From the human T2T-CHM13v2.0 reference genome, Homo sapiens, in the NCBI RefSeq assembly GCF_009914755.1, contig NC_060944.1: a stretch of 64,000 nt of DNA, one strand, 5' to 3'. This document shows positions 46,060 to 60,177 of this stretch, in pieces; the stretch's first letter is position 1; each line of letters begins with the position of its first letter. The position numbers and the translations under genes are program-made. The notes under the pieces are model-generated. The model was given only the letters and a program-made list of their open reading frames with translations, was not told the DNA's origin and did no database searches.

Positions 46060-46215
46060 GTTCTCAATCCTGGATGCACATCAGAATCATCTGCTGAGCT
46101 TTTTAGAAATACCAATTGCCTGGGCCCCACCGCAATGCAACTGAATCAGTATTTATAGAGGGAAGAGGGATCTAGGCATTTGTATTTAAATATTCTCCAG
46201 ATAATTTAATGTGCC
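46060..46215. mobile_element. MER5-type hAT MITE
   Basis: gttctcaatcctggatgcacatcagaatcatctg...cctgggccccacc...actgaatcag. Confidence 0.8.
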
Positions 46216-46349
46216 CTTAAGTAATAACAAATAAAAACAGCAAAGGAAGCAGAAAATAATTGTAGTATTCTCTGAAAGATCTATTAAGATACCATTTCAA
46301 AGATCTATGGAGATACTAAGGGAGAGGAACAATACTAAAAAGTTATTAG

Positions 46350-46556
<207 letters not shown>

Positions 46557-46559
46557 TGA

Positions 46560-47100
46560 ATAGCAAAAGGGGCATAACCAAAGACAAAAGTAGTGATTTA
46601 GAAGATCAAACTGATGAATTCTCCCAAACCAAGAAATGGGAAATGAGAGGGGAAAGGAGGATAAATCTAGATGATCCAATATGTCTAACCCTTTTTTTTT
46701 TAAAGGAGAGGACAGAGGAAAAGAAATTACCAAAGAAATAATAGGACCAAACAGATCTGAGTTAAAGAGATCTGAGCATTAGGTTGAAAGGGTCTGCCAA
46801 GTTTACATGATGTATAACAATATTGAAAAAAAGTAAATGTAACTTGGTGAAATTTTTAAATTACAAAATAAAGTTGAAATCTAGGAACATGCTACAGTTA
46901 GGAAGCATGCTAACTGTAACAAAAGGAAAATTGTATTTGCACCAGACTTCTCATCTGCAATTTCGGATGCTAAAACACAAATGAAGCAATTTCTACAAAG
47001 TTTAAAAGGAAAAATAATTTTAAGCATAGACTCTCATATATCCCTAAAACTGTTACTTAAGTATGAAGGCAAAATAAAGTTATTTGGGTATATACAACTG
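46560..47100 (+). mobile_element. HAL1 or old L1 ORF1-like remnant
   Basis: caaagaaataatag...ttgaaaggg...tggtgaaattt...cagacttctcatctgcaa. Confidence 0.55.
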
Positions 47101-47519
47101 CTCCATGAAGTTCACCACTGTGTACTCTGGGGGTAAGTAGGAAGAGACTCAAAGGTGTACTGTAGCAAATTAAATTTGAATCCAAGAAATAAAAGATGAC
47201 TTGGGATACAAGAAGCAGTGCTGAACAAAGAAATAGGTTTAAAGCTCTACTCCACAATTATCGATAAAATAGACATTAGGTGAAGTGCAATTGCTAATAA
47301 GAATTATTGAAAGAAAAAAGATATAATGTAGAAAATTAATGAAAAACTTTGAAAAATAGCTGGGAGTAGGAAAGAGTAGCAGACATAAAATCTTTCTTAC
47401 TTGCGGAAGAACCATAGATGGTAATTAAATTTTGATGCTTACAGAGAAAGTTAGGTTCAAATAAAAGGATGACTTCCTCCAGGAACTGGAAGGATGGTGG
47501 TGAATGGAGGCGAGCACAA

Positions 47520-47940
47520 CATGAGGTTAATTAGTCCACAGCCATGTCACATATCACCTTGCAAACAGTGATGGGTGTTTAAACATTTTATCCTAAGTGC
47601 AATGGGAAGCCATTTGAAAGTTTTAAGCAGGGGAGTAACATAATTGACTTATGTTTCCAAAAAGATCACTTTGGCTGAAATGTAGAGTGGATGGGAGTGA
47701 GTAGCAGCTGAGAGAGAAGGCAGAAGGCTATTGCAGAAGTCCTGGGCTATGATGACAGTGGCCCACATTAGGGTGCTGGCAGGGAAGATGGATTCCCTAT
47801 GTGTTACAGGTAGAATCGGTAGTCCTTCTTGTGGATTGGGCATGAGGGACAGAGTTGTTAGGATGACTCCCAGGTTCCTGACTTTAACAACTAAGTCCAT
47901 GAAGATGTCATTTACCCCAAGATGAAGAAGACCAGAAAAT
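47520..47940 (-). mobile_element. L2
   Basis: gcaatgggaagccatttgaaagttttaagcagggg, aaagatcactttggctg, aggatgactcccaggtt. Confidence 0.88.
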
Positions 47941-48157
47941 AAATATATCAGCAAGCTGTCAAAAAAATATTAAGTACCCTTTCAGTGCTTGAGCTCGAGA
48001 CTAATTTTTCATTTAAATTCTAGATCCTGTGGTATGCTGCAAATGCCAAAGGCAATCACTTAACTTCTCATCTTCTCTACCAAGTAACAATCTTCCTCAA
48101 CCACATATTTTTATGCGTATTTAACACTGGAGAAGTAATGTCTTAGAGGTCCATTAG

Positions 48158-48473
<316 letters not shown>

Positions 48474-48652
48474 CACGATTCATCTTTCGATGCCTCTAAT
48501 GAAGTCCACCTTTAAATGATGGCCAAATATCAAGTCTAAAACCCAGGTACGTTGCATGAAGTTGAACTGGGCAAACAAGGAATCTAATAAAATACATGAC
48601 ATCTCATGTCTGTTTCTAACATTTCCTAAAGATAATTATTTTGATCAGCTAG

Positions 48653-49024
<372 letters not shown>

Positions 49025-49292
49025 TCAAAACTCTTTAGACATCGCCATCAGGGTGCATGTGTGTGTGCATTCACATGCCAGTGATTTTCTATACCCTGGA
49101 AATGAGAGCCCTCTCCTCCACATCTGTCCAGCTGTGGTAGAGCTTCCCAAAGTCCATAATGCAGGGTTTCAGCTCTCCACTAACTATGCAGTTGAATGAC
49201 TTCCTATAAAAACAAGGTCACACACCACTAAGGGCAAAAGCAAATGCATCTCCTGGGGAGACAGTCACTGAACATTAACATCACTTTTATCG

Positions 49293-49584
49293 GGCCAGGT
49301 GTGGTAGCTCACGCCTGTAATCCCAGCACTTTAGAAGGCTGAGGCGGGCAGATCACGAGGTCAGGAGATCGAGACCATCCTGGCTAACACAGTGAAACCC
49401 TGTCTCTACTAAAAATACAAAAAATTAGCCAGGCATGGTGGCATGCGCCTGTATCCCAGCTACTCAGGAGGCTGAGGCAGTAGAATGATGTGAACCTGGG
49501 AGGCGGAGCTTGCAGTGAGCCGAGATCGCACCACTGCACTCCAGCCTGGGCGACAGAACGAGTCTCCATCTAAAAAAAAAAAAA
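49293..49584 (+). mobile_element. AluY-like
   Basis: gagatcgagaccatcctggctaacac, ggagcttgcag; TSD atcacttttatc. Confidence 0.94.
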
Positions 49585-50059
49585 TCACTTTTATCTATGG
49601 TCACTGTGAGTCAAAGACAAACATGAGGATCACACTCTCCAGTCTCCAACCTAGACTGTCCAGAACCCAGCTCCTCTTAGGAACAGTAATGGATAATTAC
49701 TTTCAAAAGGTCTTGAGTGGAGAGAAGATGAGGAGAGAAGAGAAAACCTTTTTACTCTCTGTACTTCTGTATCTTTTGGAGGGTACAAGTATTAATATAT
49801 ATGCATTGTGTATTATTTATGTAATTTTAAAAAAGAAAAAAGGAAAGGCTATTAAACAAAAATGTCTTTTTCTCAAACCTTTGTGATAGAATGAGTTAGC
49901 GTCCCCAGAGTAATGAGAAAATTGCACTTGCTTCATAATGTTTCAATTACCAAATAAGGAACGCCTATTACCTAATTACTTAAGAAGGAATACAGCTGTT
50001 TACCAAATAAATGCATTTATAAACATTTGGGTACTTACAAGGTGCCAAGCAGCATGCTA

Positions 50060-51085
50060 TCCTAGACTCTCTCCTCTTCTCAGGCCACTCACTTTCCTTG
50101 CTGATCTTCTATTCTCCAATTGCTTCAAGTCCCATCTTACATGCCAACTATCCCCAAAGCCAGCTTTCTCTCACCACAGAGCAAGCTGCCCATTAGGTAT
50201 CTCCTCTTGGATGGCCCACTACCTCCTAGGTTCAACATGTCCCAAACCAGAATCATCATCTCCCTTAGGCCTGACCCACTCCCTATGTTGCCCATCTCAG
50301 TGTATACCCAAGTGCCCAACCCCTCACCTTTCACCAGTATCCAACAATGGCCAGTTCTCCACTTCCTAAATCTTCAATCTGTCTGTTGGTCCCTACAGTT
50401 ACATATTTTCTCAAAGGACTAGCCTTTCTCATCAAGACCCCAGCCTTGAAGCTCTCTGCAATCATTTTCCTTACTGTTCCAGGTTTAATCTTTCTCACTA
50501 AAAATCTGATTGATTGCTCTCATCCTGGAAAGTTTTCGGGAGCCCTTCATCAAACCCTCAGCATCAAATCTAGGGATGTTATGATCTGGATCTAAGCCTT
50601 TATCACCTCTCCAGCCTCATCCTCCACCAAACTAACCACCCCTCTCTCCTAAGCTCCATCCTACCCCCTACACAGCATGCTCTCACTAGCTATGCTTCAT
50701 TACTTTAGGGTCCTAGATACAAGCATTCACTTGCCTCATAGTTTTTCCCCTTACTATCTGGTACACCTTTCTTCCTCCATATACTTCCTCTCCCATCCCT
50801 TGACTTGGTACACTCTTACTGGTCCTTCAGGTTTCAGCGTAAACACTTCTTTCTCTAAGAAGCTTTCTCTAACTACCCTTGCATCTCCCCACTGCAAATA
50901 CTGGGTCGATGATCCTTCTGCTTGCCATTCTGTTGTATCCCTCTCATGGAACCTAACATGCTAAACTATAATTTCTTTTTATTCCTCTATATCCTCACTA
51001 AACTGTAAATTACTTGAGGTGAAGGGTTCTGTCTGCCACTCTTCTCCATGGAAGGCATTTACATCAATATTGGTATATGAATGCC
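50060..51085 (+). mobile_element. L2
   Basis: atctcctcttggatggcccac, caacatgtcccaaaccagaa; 3' end actaaactgtaaattacttgagg. Confidence 0.75.
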
Positions 51086-51189
51086 AACTTACAGAATAAG
51101 CATCTCTGGACAAATCATTTACTTACTGAAGCCATTTCAATAGAACCCTGAACTTTTTTAAGGCTAAATATTCAGATTCCAGAGGAAAT

Positions 51190-51770
51190 AATACTAATGT
51201 TGGTGTTAGGAAGCCCATCTTCTAAATGTTGCTGCTATCACCTGTGTGGCCTTCGACATGTCAGTTAACTTGTTTGAGCCTCTGTTTCCCTGTTTATAAA
51301 ATGAGGGAGCTGAACTAGTTCATTAAAATCTCTTTTGTTTATAAAATTCTGTAATAGTAAATGCAGCAAGGCATCATTGTCAAATTATTTTCAAGAGAAG
51401 TCCAGTTTAATTTACTGTATCAATAAACTGATACCATTTATCAAAATAAAGTAATCAAAACTGGGTAGAAGAAGGGAGAAAACAGTGTAGCAGTTAGAAG
51501 CATGAATTATAGGGTCAAAACTTCCCAGGTTCTTGTTTTAGCCGTGCTGTTCACTAGCTGGTGTTATCTTGGCTGTGCTACTTAATAACTAGTGTTATCA
51601 CAGAGTTACTCAACTTTCATAGCATCAGTTTCTTCATTTGTAAAAGAGAAATAGCAATAGTGCCTTTCACACAGAACTATTAAGGATTAAATGAGATGAT
51701 ACATACAAAAGGTTTAGCATAGTATGCCTAGTACAGAGTAAATGATCAATAAATGCTATTATCATTTTAA
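51190..51770 (+). mobile_element. Two MIRs
   Basis: gagcctctgtttccctgtttataaaatgagg and tcagtttcttcatttgtaaaa...aggattaaatgagat. Confidence 0.8.
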
Positions 51771-52379
51771 ACTATCAGCGAAGAGTTCTTATATTGACAA
51801 GGATGAGAAACATTATAATAGCATCAGAGTAGTAGTCACTGTTGAGAATGCACTTTCTTGAATACTTGTAAAGTCTCTTTTCAATTAAAAATGCAAAAAA
51901 TTATAAAGACAAATAGAAAACACGCTTACTCATTCCCATTACCCAAAATTAGCCACTTATTATTGAAAACATTAAAAATACTTTCAGAAAGATGGCTACT
52001 GTCAAGTTTATGAATTGTATCATTGCTGCCTGACTCCTAATCCTTCCTTCTGCATTCATTTTTTGTACTTCCTAAGGGGTTTTTTAGCAATGGTCAGTGA
52101 ATGATAAACTTCAGTCTTTGAAAAAAGCCATTTCACTCACACTCTTGAATTATAGTTAACTTGAGATCTACTGATAGTTTAACTTGATATCACACTCTTG
52201 CATGGCAGTTTATTCTCAGTTGACAGTTTTTTCCTCAAAGCACTTTGTTCCATCGTCTTTCAGCCTTGATTGCTGCTGTCAAAAAGTCTTCTGTAAGTCA
52301 TACTTATTATAGTCAAGATTCCTTGTAATTCTTATATGAGAACTCTTGGAATGTTGCTACTCTTTCCTTCTCTCTATTC

Positions 52380-53200
52380 TTTTCTTATCTCTGCTCAAAA
52401 CCCTCCAATGGCTTCCCATTTCAGAGTACAAACAAAAATCCTTTCCATGGGCTAAAAGCCCTGCATGATCTATCTTCCCCACTCCCATTACTCTATAACC
52501 TCATCTCTTCTCTTCTCCCCTTGATTACTCCACATCTCTGGTAATCACAGAGTTTTGCTCTGTGTCCCCACCCAAATCTCCTCTCAAATTGTAATTCCCA
52601 CATGTCAAAGGAGGGACCTGGTGGGAGGTGATTGGATATGGGGGTGGTTTCTCCATGCTGTTCTCATGATAGTGAGGGAGTTCTCTCACGATACCTGATT
52701 ATTTAAAAGTGGCAGTTTCCCCTGAGCTCTCTCTCTCTCCTGCCACCTTGTGAAGATAGTGCCTGGCTTCCCCTTCCACCATGACTGTAAGTTGAGGCCT
52801 CATCAGTCATGTGGAACTGTGAATTAAACTGCTTTTGTTAATAAATTACCCAGTCTCAGGTAGTATCTTTATAGCAGTATAAGAATAGACTAATACACGT
52901 GAACTCTGTGCTATTCCTCAAACATGCTGCTGACTTGAGGCCTTTGACTTACTATTCATTCTGATTTGAATAACAGGAATCAATCATTTATCCCAGGAAT
53001 CCACACCTGTTCCCTTTATCTTCCTCAGAACTCTGCTTAAATATTACTGTTTAGAGAGGCCTCCCCTGACTACACCACCCCAAGTAGCAGTCAGACTCCC
53101 ATTCTATCATTCTCTATTCCCTTATTCTGCTCTATTTTTTCTTTACAGCATGTATTACCATTTGACACATTATATTTATTTATAATATGTCTTACCTTCT
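52380..53200 (+). mobile_element. L2 interrupted by a THE1 LTR
   Basis: ctgctcaaaaccctccaatggcttcccat before the LTR; agagaggcctcccctgac after it. Confidence 0.75.
52546..52897 (+). mobile_element. THE1D-like (MaLR) solo LTR
   Basis: gctctgtgtccccacccaaatctc...gagggacctggtgggaggtgattgga...aaattacccagtctcaggtagtatctttatagcag...gactaataca. Confidence 0.88.
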
Positions 53201-53721
53201 GTGTTAGGCAGGCTCTAAGATGGCCCCTAATGATCTCTGCGTCCTGGTATTCATGCTTTTGTGAAACCTCATCTCCTTGAGTGTAGGCCAGACTTACTGA
53301 CTCATTTCTAACAAATACAGCAGATATGATGAAATGTCACTTCCAAGATTAAGTCATATAAAGACCATGACTTCCATCCTGGGTTCTGTTTCTTACTTTC
53401 TCTTGGATCATGCCCCGAGGGGAAGCCAATACACCAAGTCATGAGGCATCCCTATAGATGGGTACTTATGGTGAGAGACTGAGGCCTAGCAACAACCATG
53501 TGAGTAAGCTTGGTAGTGGGGCCATCCCTGTCCTGAATCAATCCTTTAGATGAGACTGCAACTCCAACCTACAGCATGACTGCAATCTCATGAGAGACTG
53601 TGAGCCAGAGGTACCCATTAAGCCCTGCTCAGATTCTCAACCCATTTCTGTTACATAACAGGTATTTGTTGTTTTAAGATGCTACTTTGAGTCATTTATT
53701 ATGTAGCAATAGATAATATAC
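53200..53721 (+). mobile_element. MLT1F-like solo LTR
   Basis: tgtgttaggcaggctctaagatggcccctaatgatc...ctcatgagagactgtgagccagagg...ttatgtagcaatagataa. Confidence 0.85.
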
Positions 53722-53838
53722 TCTCATGTGTAAAATATAAAATATCATGGGATGTATTAAGAAAGACACCACTCTATATGCACTGTGATGATATAACCAG
53801 CCCTTTAAAATCAAATTTGGAGTAAAGCAAGGACTTCA

Positions 53839-54195
<357 letters not shown>

Positions 54196-54811
54196 TGAAT
54201 ACTACCATCCCTTTTGCCTAGAAAAGTTACAGGCACACAGTAGTCACTTAATAAATATCTGCTAAATGAATACATGGTTAAAAATTATATTCTATAATGT
54301 TTATTACAAATTTAGAAAATGAAAAGATCTTGAGATGTTTCCCTAGGCAATGCCAAAATTTACTTGAAGGGCAACACACTGGTGGTGCACAGGCAGAAAC
54401 CAGCCTGCAGAAGACAAATCTTAGCTAGCCAGAATGATATTTTGAAAAAAATTTTATGACAAATAGGGCCCAAAAGTTTGCCATATATGTAACTACCACT
54501 CTTGTCTTATAACTAACAAATTCCTACCTTTATATTATATGTCTATGACCCCTGGTCTATAGTTAGTCATTCTCCATCACTAGAGGTGTTGGAAAATAGC
54601 TGCAGGCATTTTCATACTATAAGGGTGGGTATCCTAAATTATCTCTAAAGTGACTTTGAATTTCAGGACTCTATAATTTCATTCATTTAATTGTATGTGT
54701 TTTGCAATTATTTAATACTTAGATGTTACATTGAATAGACATATATTTAGAAACTTTTTAGAAGAATCAGCACAGTTTTAGACATGCTAATTAATGGAAT
54801 CTAACAAATAG

Positions 54812-55115
54812 TTTTTTCTTTTTTTGAGACAGGGTCTCACTGTCACTCAGTCCGGAATGCAGTGGCGCAATCATGGCTTCCACGGCAACCTCAACCTCTT
54901 GGGCCCAAGTGATACTCCCACCTCAGCCTCTCAAATAGCTGGGACTATAGGCATTCATGTCATGTCCAGTTAATTTTTTTTTATTTTTTTGTAGAGACAG
55001 GGAGACAGGGTCTCACTTTGTTGCCCAGGCTGGTCTCAACTCCTGGGCTCAAGCAATCCCCCTGCCTCAGCCTCCCAAAGTGCTGGGATTACAGGCATGA
55101 GCCACAGCACTCAGC
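54812..55115 (-). mobile_element. AluJo-like
   Basis: atcatggct, cctcaacctc, gggctcaagcaatcc. Confidence 0.92.
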
Positions 55116-55989
55116 ACAAATATTCTTGAATATATAACCATTTTCAATAATTACCAGGTCATTGGTAAATAACTTTGTCAGGTGTGTTGTTTAATGTAAC
55201 TATGCCTCCCATTTCTAGTTCATGAATGAGTGGTTCCAAAGTCACAGTCAAACAGAAAAATAACGGTGCTCCTTGTTTTACTCCAAATTTGAATTTAAAG
55301 TGCTAGTTACATTATTGCACTGGTTACAGAGTAGTGTCTCCCTCAGTACATCTCATTTTATTCATAACGAAGGCATCTGTCTTCCTTTTAGGTAACATGC
55401 CAAGGATGCAATCTTATTGTACTAATAAAAGGGTTGGCTATGTCTACCAAACATTTGAAAATTTGTCCATTTCCTTTCAGCAGCTTTAACAATGTTATTT
55501 AAGACTGTCACTTTTTTTTTTTTAACATAATCCAAGGTGCCAATGAAAGCTCTCTGCCCCCTAGATTACAAATGCCACCGAGAAATGATCCTGTCTTACT
55601 TGGTTCATGGCCATATTCCAAGTGCCTAGCGGAAGCCTGACAAATAGCAGGTGGTCAATAAAAGATTGCTGAAAACATGGAAATAACTAATTTGAATTAT
55701 GTAAGTATGCACTTCTATCCTAGTTGTAGTTTCAACAAAAAGAAACCTAGAAACTAAAAACTAATAATAACGCCAAACATTGGGGCAACATTAAAATAAG
55801 AGGCTTTCAAGATAACCAATTTGAAAGGAAAGCATTCATGTTTGACAAAGTTCCATTATGGTTGTTAGAAAATCTGCTTAGTCTGTAGTCACTACTATGA
55901 ATTTTATTAAAAGTCACTAGAACTCCACAGTCTTCCTTTAAAAAGACTAGCTCTAAAGAGAAGTAAAAGATGAGTAACAGTTTGTGTTA

Positions 55990-56570
55990 TTGAATGCTGA
56001 TTATGTGCCAGGTACTATGCTTGAAACCTCACACATTTCTTACTATTTATTTATTTATTTTGCCAGTACAACAGAATAGATTTTATTTCTCTTAGAGACA
56101 GGGTCTCACTCTGTTGCTCAGGCTGGAGTACAGTGGCTATTCACAGGCACAATCCCACTACTGATCTGCATGAGAGTTTTGACCTTCTTTGTTTCTGACC
56201 TAGACAGGTTCACTCCTCCTTAGGCAACCTGGGGGTTCCCTGCTCCCAGGAGGTCACCATATTGATGCCAAACTCAGTGTGGACACCCGACTGGCATAGC
56301 GTACTACAGCCCTAACTCCTGGGCTAAAGCGATCCTCCCACCCCAGCCTCCCAAGTAGCTGGGACAATAGGCACATGTTACTGCATCTGGTCACTTGTTT
56401 CATTTAATCCTCACAAACATTGTATGAAGCAGAATCTGAGTTATCTCTGTGTTTGATGAGAAAACAGATGCAGAGAGGTGAAGGGACCTGCCTTAGGTCA
56501 TACAGCTACTAGTATGCAGTAGGAAGGCAGGTATTTCAACCCAAGCTACTGATCTTAACCATTTGGCTAC
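55990..56570 (-). mobile_element. MIR split by a 7SL retrocopy
   Basis: tatgtgccaggtactatgct before the insert; catttaatcctcacaa...gatgaggaaaacaga...aggtcatacagct after it. Confidence 0.75.
56094..56391 (-). pseudogene. Full-length 7SL (SRP RNA) processed pseudogene, RN7SL-P type
   Basis: Reverse complement contains both Alu-domain ends and the S domain absent from Alu: GGGTGTCCACACTGAGTTTGGCATCAATATGGTGACCTCC, CCAGGTTGCCTAAGGAGGAGTGAACC, ATCAGTAGTGGGATTGTGCCTGTGAATAGCCACTG; many CpG-type substitutions. Confidence 0.95.
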
Positions 56571-57394
56571 GATGGCAGAGCCAGTTTCTTAAATCACAAA
56601 ATCTCCAGGACAGCTTCAAGGTCTAAATGATCATGTGGAAAAGTGGCTACAGGGACTCAGTTAATTAGTTACCATCTCCTCTCCCACTTTCTTCATCTGG
56701 GGGCCTCCCAACCTGGCTCCTTAGGCAATGCTAACTTGTAGTTTGGGACAATAAACAGTGACCCAATAATTTGCTTCCTCCCTGCCTACAACTTTGGGGA
56801 GCTTTAGGATATTTTAAGCAATATGTGGTATTGTTTGATGAAGCCCACTGAAAGGGAAGTAAATATGTTGCTCAATTACAAAGTAATTGGGGAAGTTAAA
56901 TACATTGCCTCAGGTCATACAGCTAGTAAGTGATGGAGCTGAGATTTGAATCCAGACATTTTTCCCCACACGGAGCTGAGATGTGAACTCAGACTTTTTC
57001 CCCCATGCAGTGTTCTTTCCACAACCGAAAGAGAAGCTGCATAAATTCAAGGTCAGTAATCCATATAGAAAGAGAAGATCAGAGAACAGAAGTCACAACA
57101 AATCTTAAAAATATGTGGAAGTAGATGAGAAATGCTGCCAGAGAAAGGCAAATTCAAAATGACACAAATGTTGCAGAATTAGGATTACGGCAGCATCTCT
57201 AAGAAGATGCTAACACCATGTTAGTACAGGATTGGAAAGGGTGGCTGCATCAACTTTTTAAATCTCTTCTAACGAAGACGCAGTAATTATGATAGAAATG
57301 ACTACACTCTTCTTTGTTAATAATTCAGCAAGCACAGAGCATAAGTACCATATGAAAGCTGTGGTTACATAAATAAAAGATTGATGGACAAGAA

Positions 57395-57530
57395 TATATA
57401 TATACTATATATATATTTTGTGGGTTTGGAATATATGTGTGTATACGTATACACACATACATGTATGACACACGTGTTTGTGTATGCATATGTATACACA
57501 CACAGATATAAGTTTATATATGTATATATT
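57395..57530. repeat. Degenerate (TA)/(TG)/(CA) low-complexity tract
   Basis: Alternating purine-pyrimidine run atatatatatac...gtgtgtatacgtatacacacatacatgtatg. Confidence 0.8.
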
Positions 57531-57713
57531 CAAAACCTACAAAAGTTTTTGTATGGGCCATCAATTAAAAGTAAAGCATGAATCTAAAAAAAATGCATTT
57601 TTGAGCAATCAGGGAAATTTAAATATAGACTGAGTATTAGATGATATTAAAGAACTATTGTTATTTAGGGGTAAGTTAATGGCACTCTAGTTGTTTTTAA
57701 GTTCTATCATTCA

Positions 57714-57853
57714 AGCCTGGCAAGGTGGCGTGCACCTGTAATCCCAGCTATTTAGGAGGCTGAGGCTGGAGAACCGCTTGAGCCAGGAGAGTTCAACACC
57801 AGCCTGGGGAACACAGCAAGACCTCATCTTTAAAAAAAAAAAAAAAAAAAAAA
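57714..57853 (+). mobile_element. FLAM_A-like Alu monomer
   Basis: Monomer with long A tail; TSD agttctat(c/a)attcaa. Confidence 0.88.
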
Positions 57854-59029
57854 AGAGTTCTATAATTCAATTACTATTAATACATCCAAGTCATTTCATT
57901 TTCAATCTGGATTGAATATTGGCATTATTGCTTATTTTTTATGAAAATAGAGCAGCTGAATTGTCAGTGTCAAAGCTTTGGGGTTTTTTGCTGTTGTCTT
58001 TATCCTCCGATTGGGACTTTTGAATTTAATGTCTAGTTACAGGATTCAATTTTTGTGACACATTAGGAAGACACTGTCTCTAATATTTAGGAACCAGAAT
58101 TATCTGAACATATTAATCAACAGTATACAGAACTGTCCTGTCCCACTGACCAGGTCACAATGAGCTCTACAAAATAAACAAGTGCAAATGCTTTGTTGTC
58201 TAAACTTCTTTACTTTCTAACCAATGCTTAATAGTAATTTTTTTTTGAAATGACCAAAAAAGTATGGGTCACAGTGCTGTTTGCCATGTACAAAGGGCAA
58301 GAGAAAAGCACCTCTCCCCTAAGCTAAAAGATTAAAAACTTGGAGAAAAGGGAGTTCAGGTGATCACGAACTCTCTACTCTGTGTTTCTACAGAACTCAC
58401 TTGCTCATCTACGATTCAAAAGCTGCCCTTTGCATGAGTACCTTTCAGTTTAGGAATGTAATTTCAACAGTGCATCCATTTTATCCAAATTCCAATAGAG
58501 TAAGAAAAAAATTGGATGCTCCATAACATTTCTTATAAAAGAATTTTATCAGTAACACTGTACTTTCTAGCCAATGCTTAAAAAACTGTTGACTATCTCT
58601 TTTCTGTAACTTTCTGGTATGTGAGAGTATCTCAGATTAATAACTCAAAAAAACAGTATACACAACCACTTTATCAGATGTCCAGATGACAAGAAACTTG
58701 AAAAGATACTAAGTATGTTGGGTAACAGCTTGTCTGGCTAGAATAAAAGGTCCAATTGAACATACACAGAGGTGTGCCACCATTTGGAAGCTGGCAAGAC
58801 AGCCCTGCTGTTGTTTTCTTCATCTACCTAGTGAGATGGGAGACGCACGTTTGATTATAGGGTGTCAAATACCGGCATCAGATAGTATCTGCTGGGGGCT
58901 CTGATGGGTACAGCACAGCTACCCAAATACCAAAGGATTTGCTTTCATGAACAACTTTCCCCAAGAACTGTGCCCTGCTACTCAAAAGATGATCAGGGAG
59001 ACCCACAACATCAGCACAAGCTTAGAGAA

Positions 59030-59138
59030 AACTTGTTACAAAGGCAGAAGCTCTGCCTCACCCAGACTTTCTGAATCAGAATCTGCATTTTAACCAAATT
59101 CCCAGGTAATTTGTATGCACATCACAGTTTGAAAAGCA
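59030..59138. mobile_element. MER5-type hAT MITE fragment
   Basis: ctgaatcagaatctgcattttaaccaaattcccaggtaatttgtatgcacat...agtttgaaaagc. Confidence 0.85.
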
Positions 59139-59629
59139 TGGATTTAGAGGATTATTGTCAGTTTGGAAGGAGGTTTCCACAAAACTCTTCCTTGGGCCCC
59201 TCCTGTTCCTCATTTTTACTGATGAGTCACATAAGGATATTGAAGAACCCTCATCAAATCCCAAGTAACACTAAACTAGAAGGAAACAATTGCAAAAGCA
59301 CCTCTTGGAAGAGACCAGGCTTGACAGCTGATCACGTAAAAGAATATAAACAACCAGAGATTTGCTAAAGAAAAAAAAAAGTAAGGCACACTTGAGTATA
59401 CTGCTACAAATCAGACCACTTCTAGAGAACTAGCTATAAGTCTGGTCACACATTCTAAGTGACTGACAGTGAACTGTGGTCACACAGTTTGGTGAGAAAC
59501 AAGGAGGGAAAGGGATCTGGAAATTCTATCGAAAAGAATGGCTGAACTGAAGGATCTTAAACCTGAAGAAGAGGTGACAATGTGGGGACATCATGGTCAT
59601 ATTCACACATCTGAAAGATTGTCTCAAGA

Positions 59630-59750
59630 CATTTCATTCTACAAATGTGTTTTTGAGCATCTGCTATGTGCCAGGCACCATGCCAGGAGCTAAGGATACA
59701 GAGAGTGAAAACCAGAACAGATCTCTAATTTTCTGATGTTTCTTGCCTAA
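59630..59750 (-). mobile_element. L2 3' end
   Basis: ttcattctacaaatgtgtttttgagcatctgctatgtgccaggcacc. Confidence 0.75.
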
Positions 59751-60177
59751 TGGAAGAAACCTGCCTGTTTTTCCAGAAAGCACAACTCCAGACAATCAAA
59801 GGCAAGTGGAAGGACATGGGCACCATTCAAGGAAGCCCCTTCTGGCCAGAAGGCTACAGCTTTGTAAAGAAGTGAATAGACAAAAGTTCCGAGGCTCCCC
59901 AGGGCTGGAAAGAATGAGTTAAGAAAGGATGACCACCTCCCAGGGAGTAGTAGCTCAGGGGACTAACAGGCCAATGCTAATATTCCAGGGCTAGAGGATG
60001 CTTGGGGTCAATGACATTAATCCAAGATTTGTTTAGAATTATGCTACATTCAATTTAGCTGACAACAAAATTTTTAAAACTTAACAATTTAGAATTAACA
60101 GCTAAATTTTGTATGTAAATGATGTCATACCTTAAACTTATGAGTAAATGATGTCTAAGTTCTCATTTAGTAATAGT

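Noticed and set aside
56094-56391. Functional 7SL RNA gene
   Set aside because: Many substitutions including the 5' Alu domain, insertion into a MIR, an A-rich tail and no T-run terminator directly after the 3' end.
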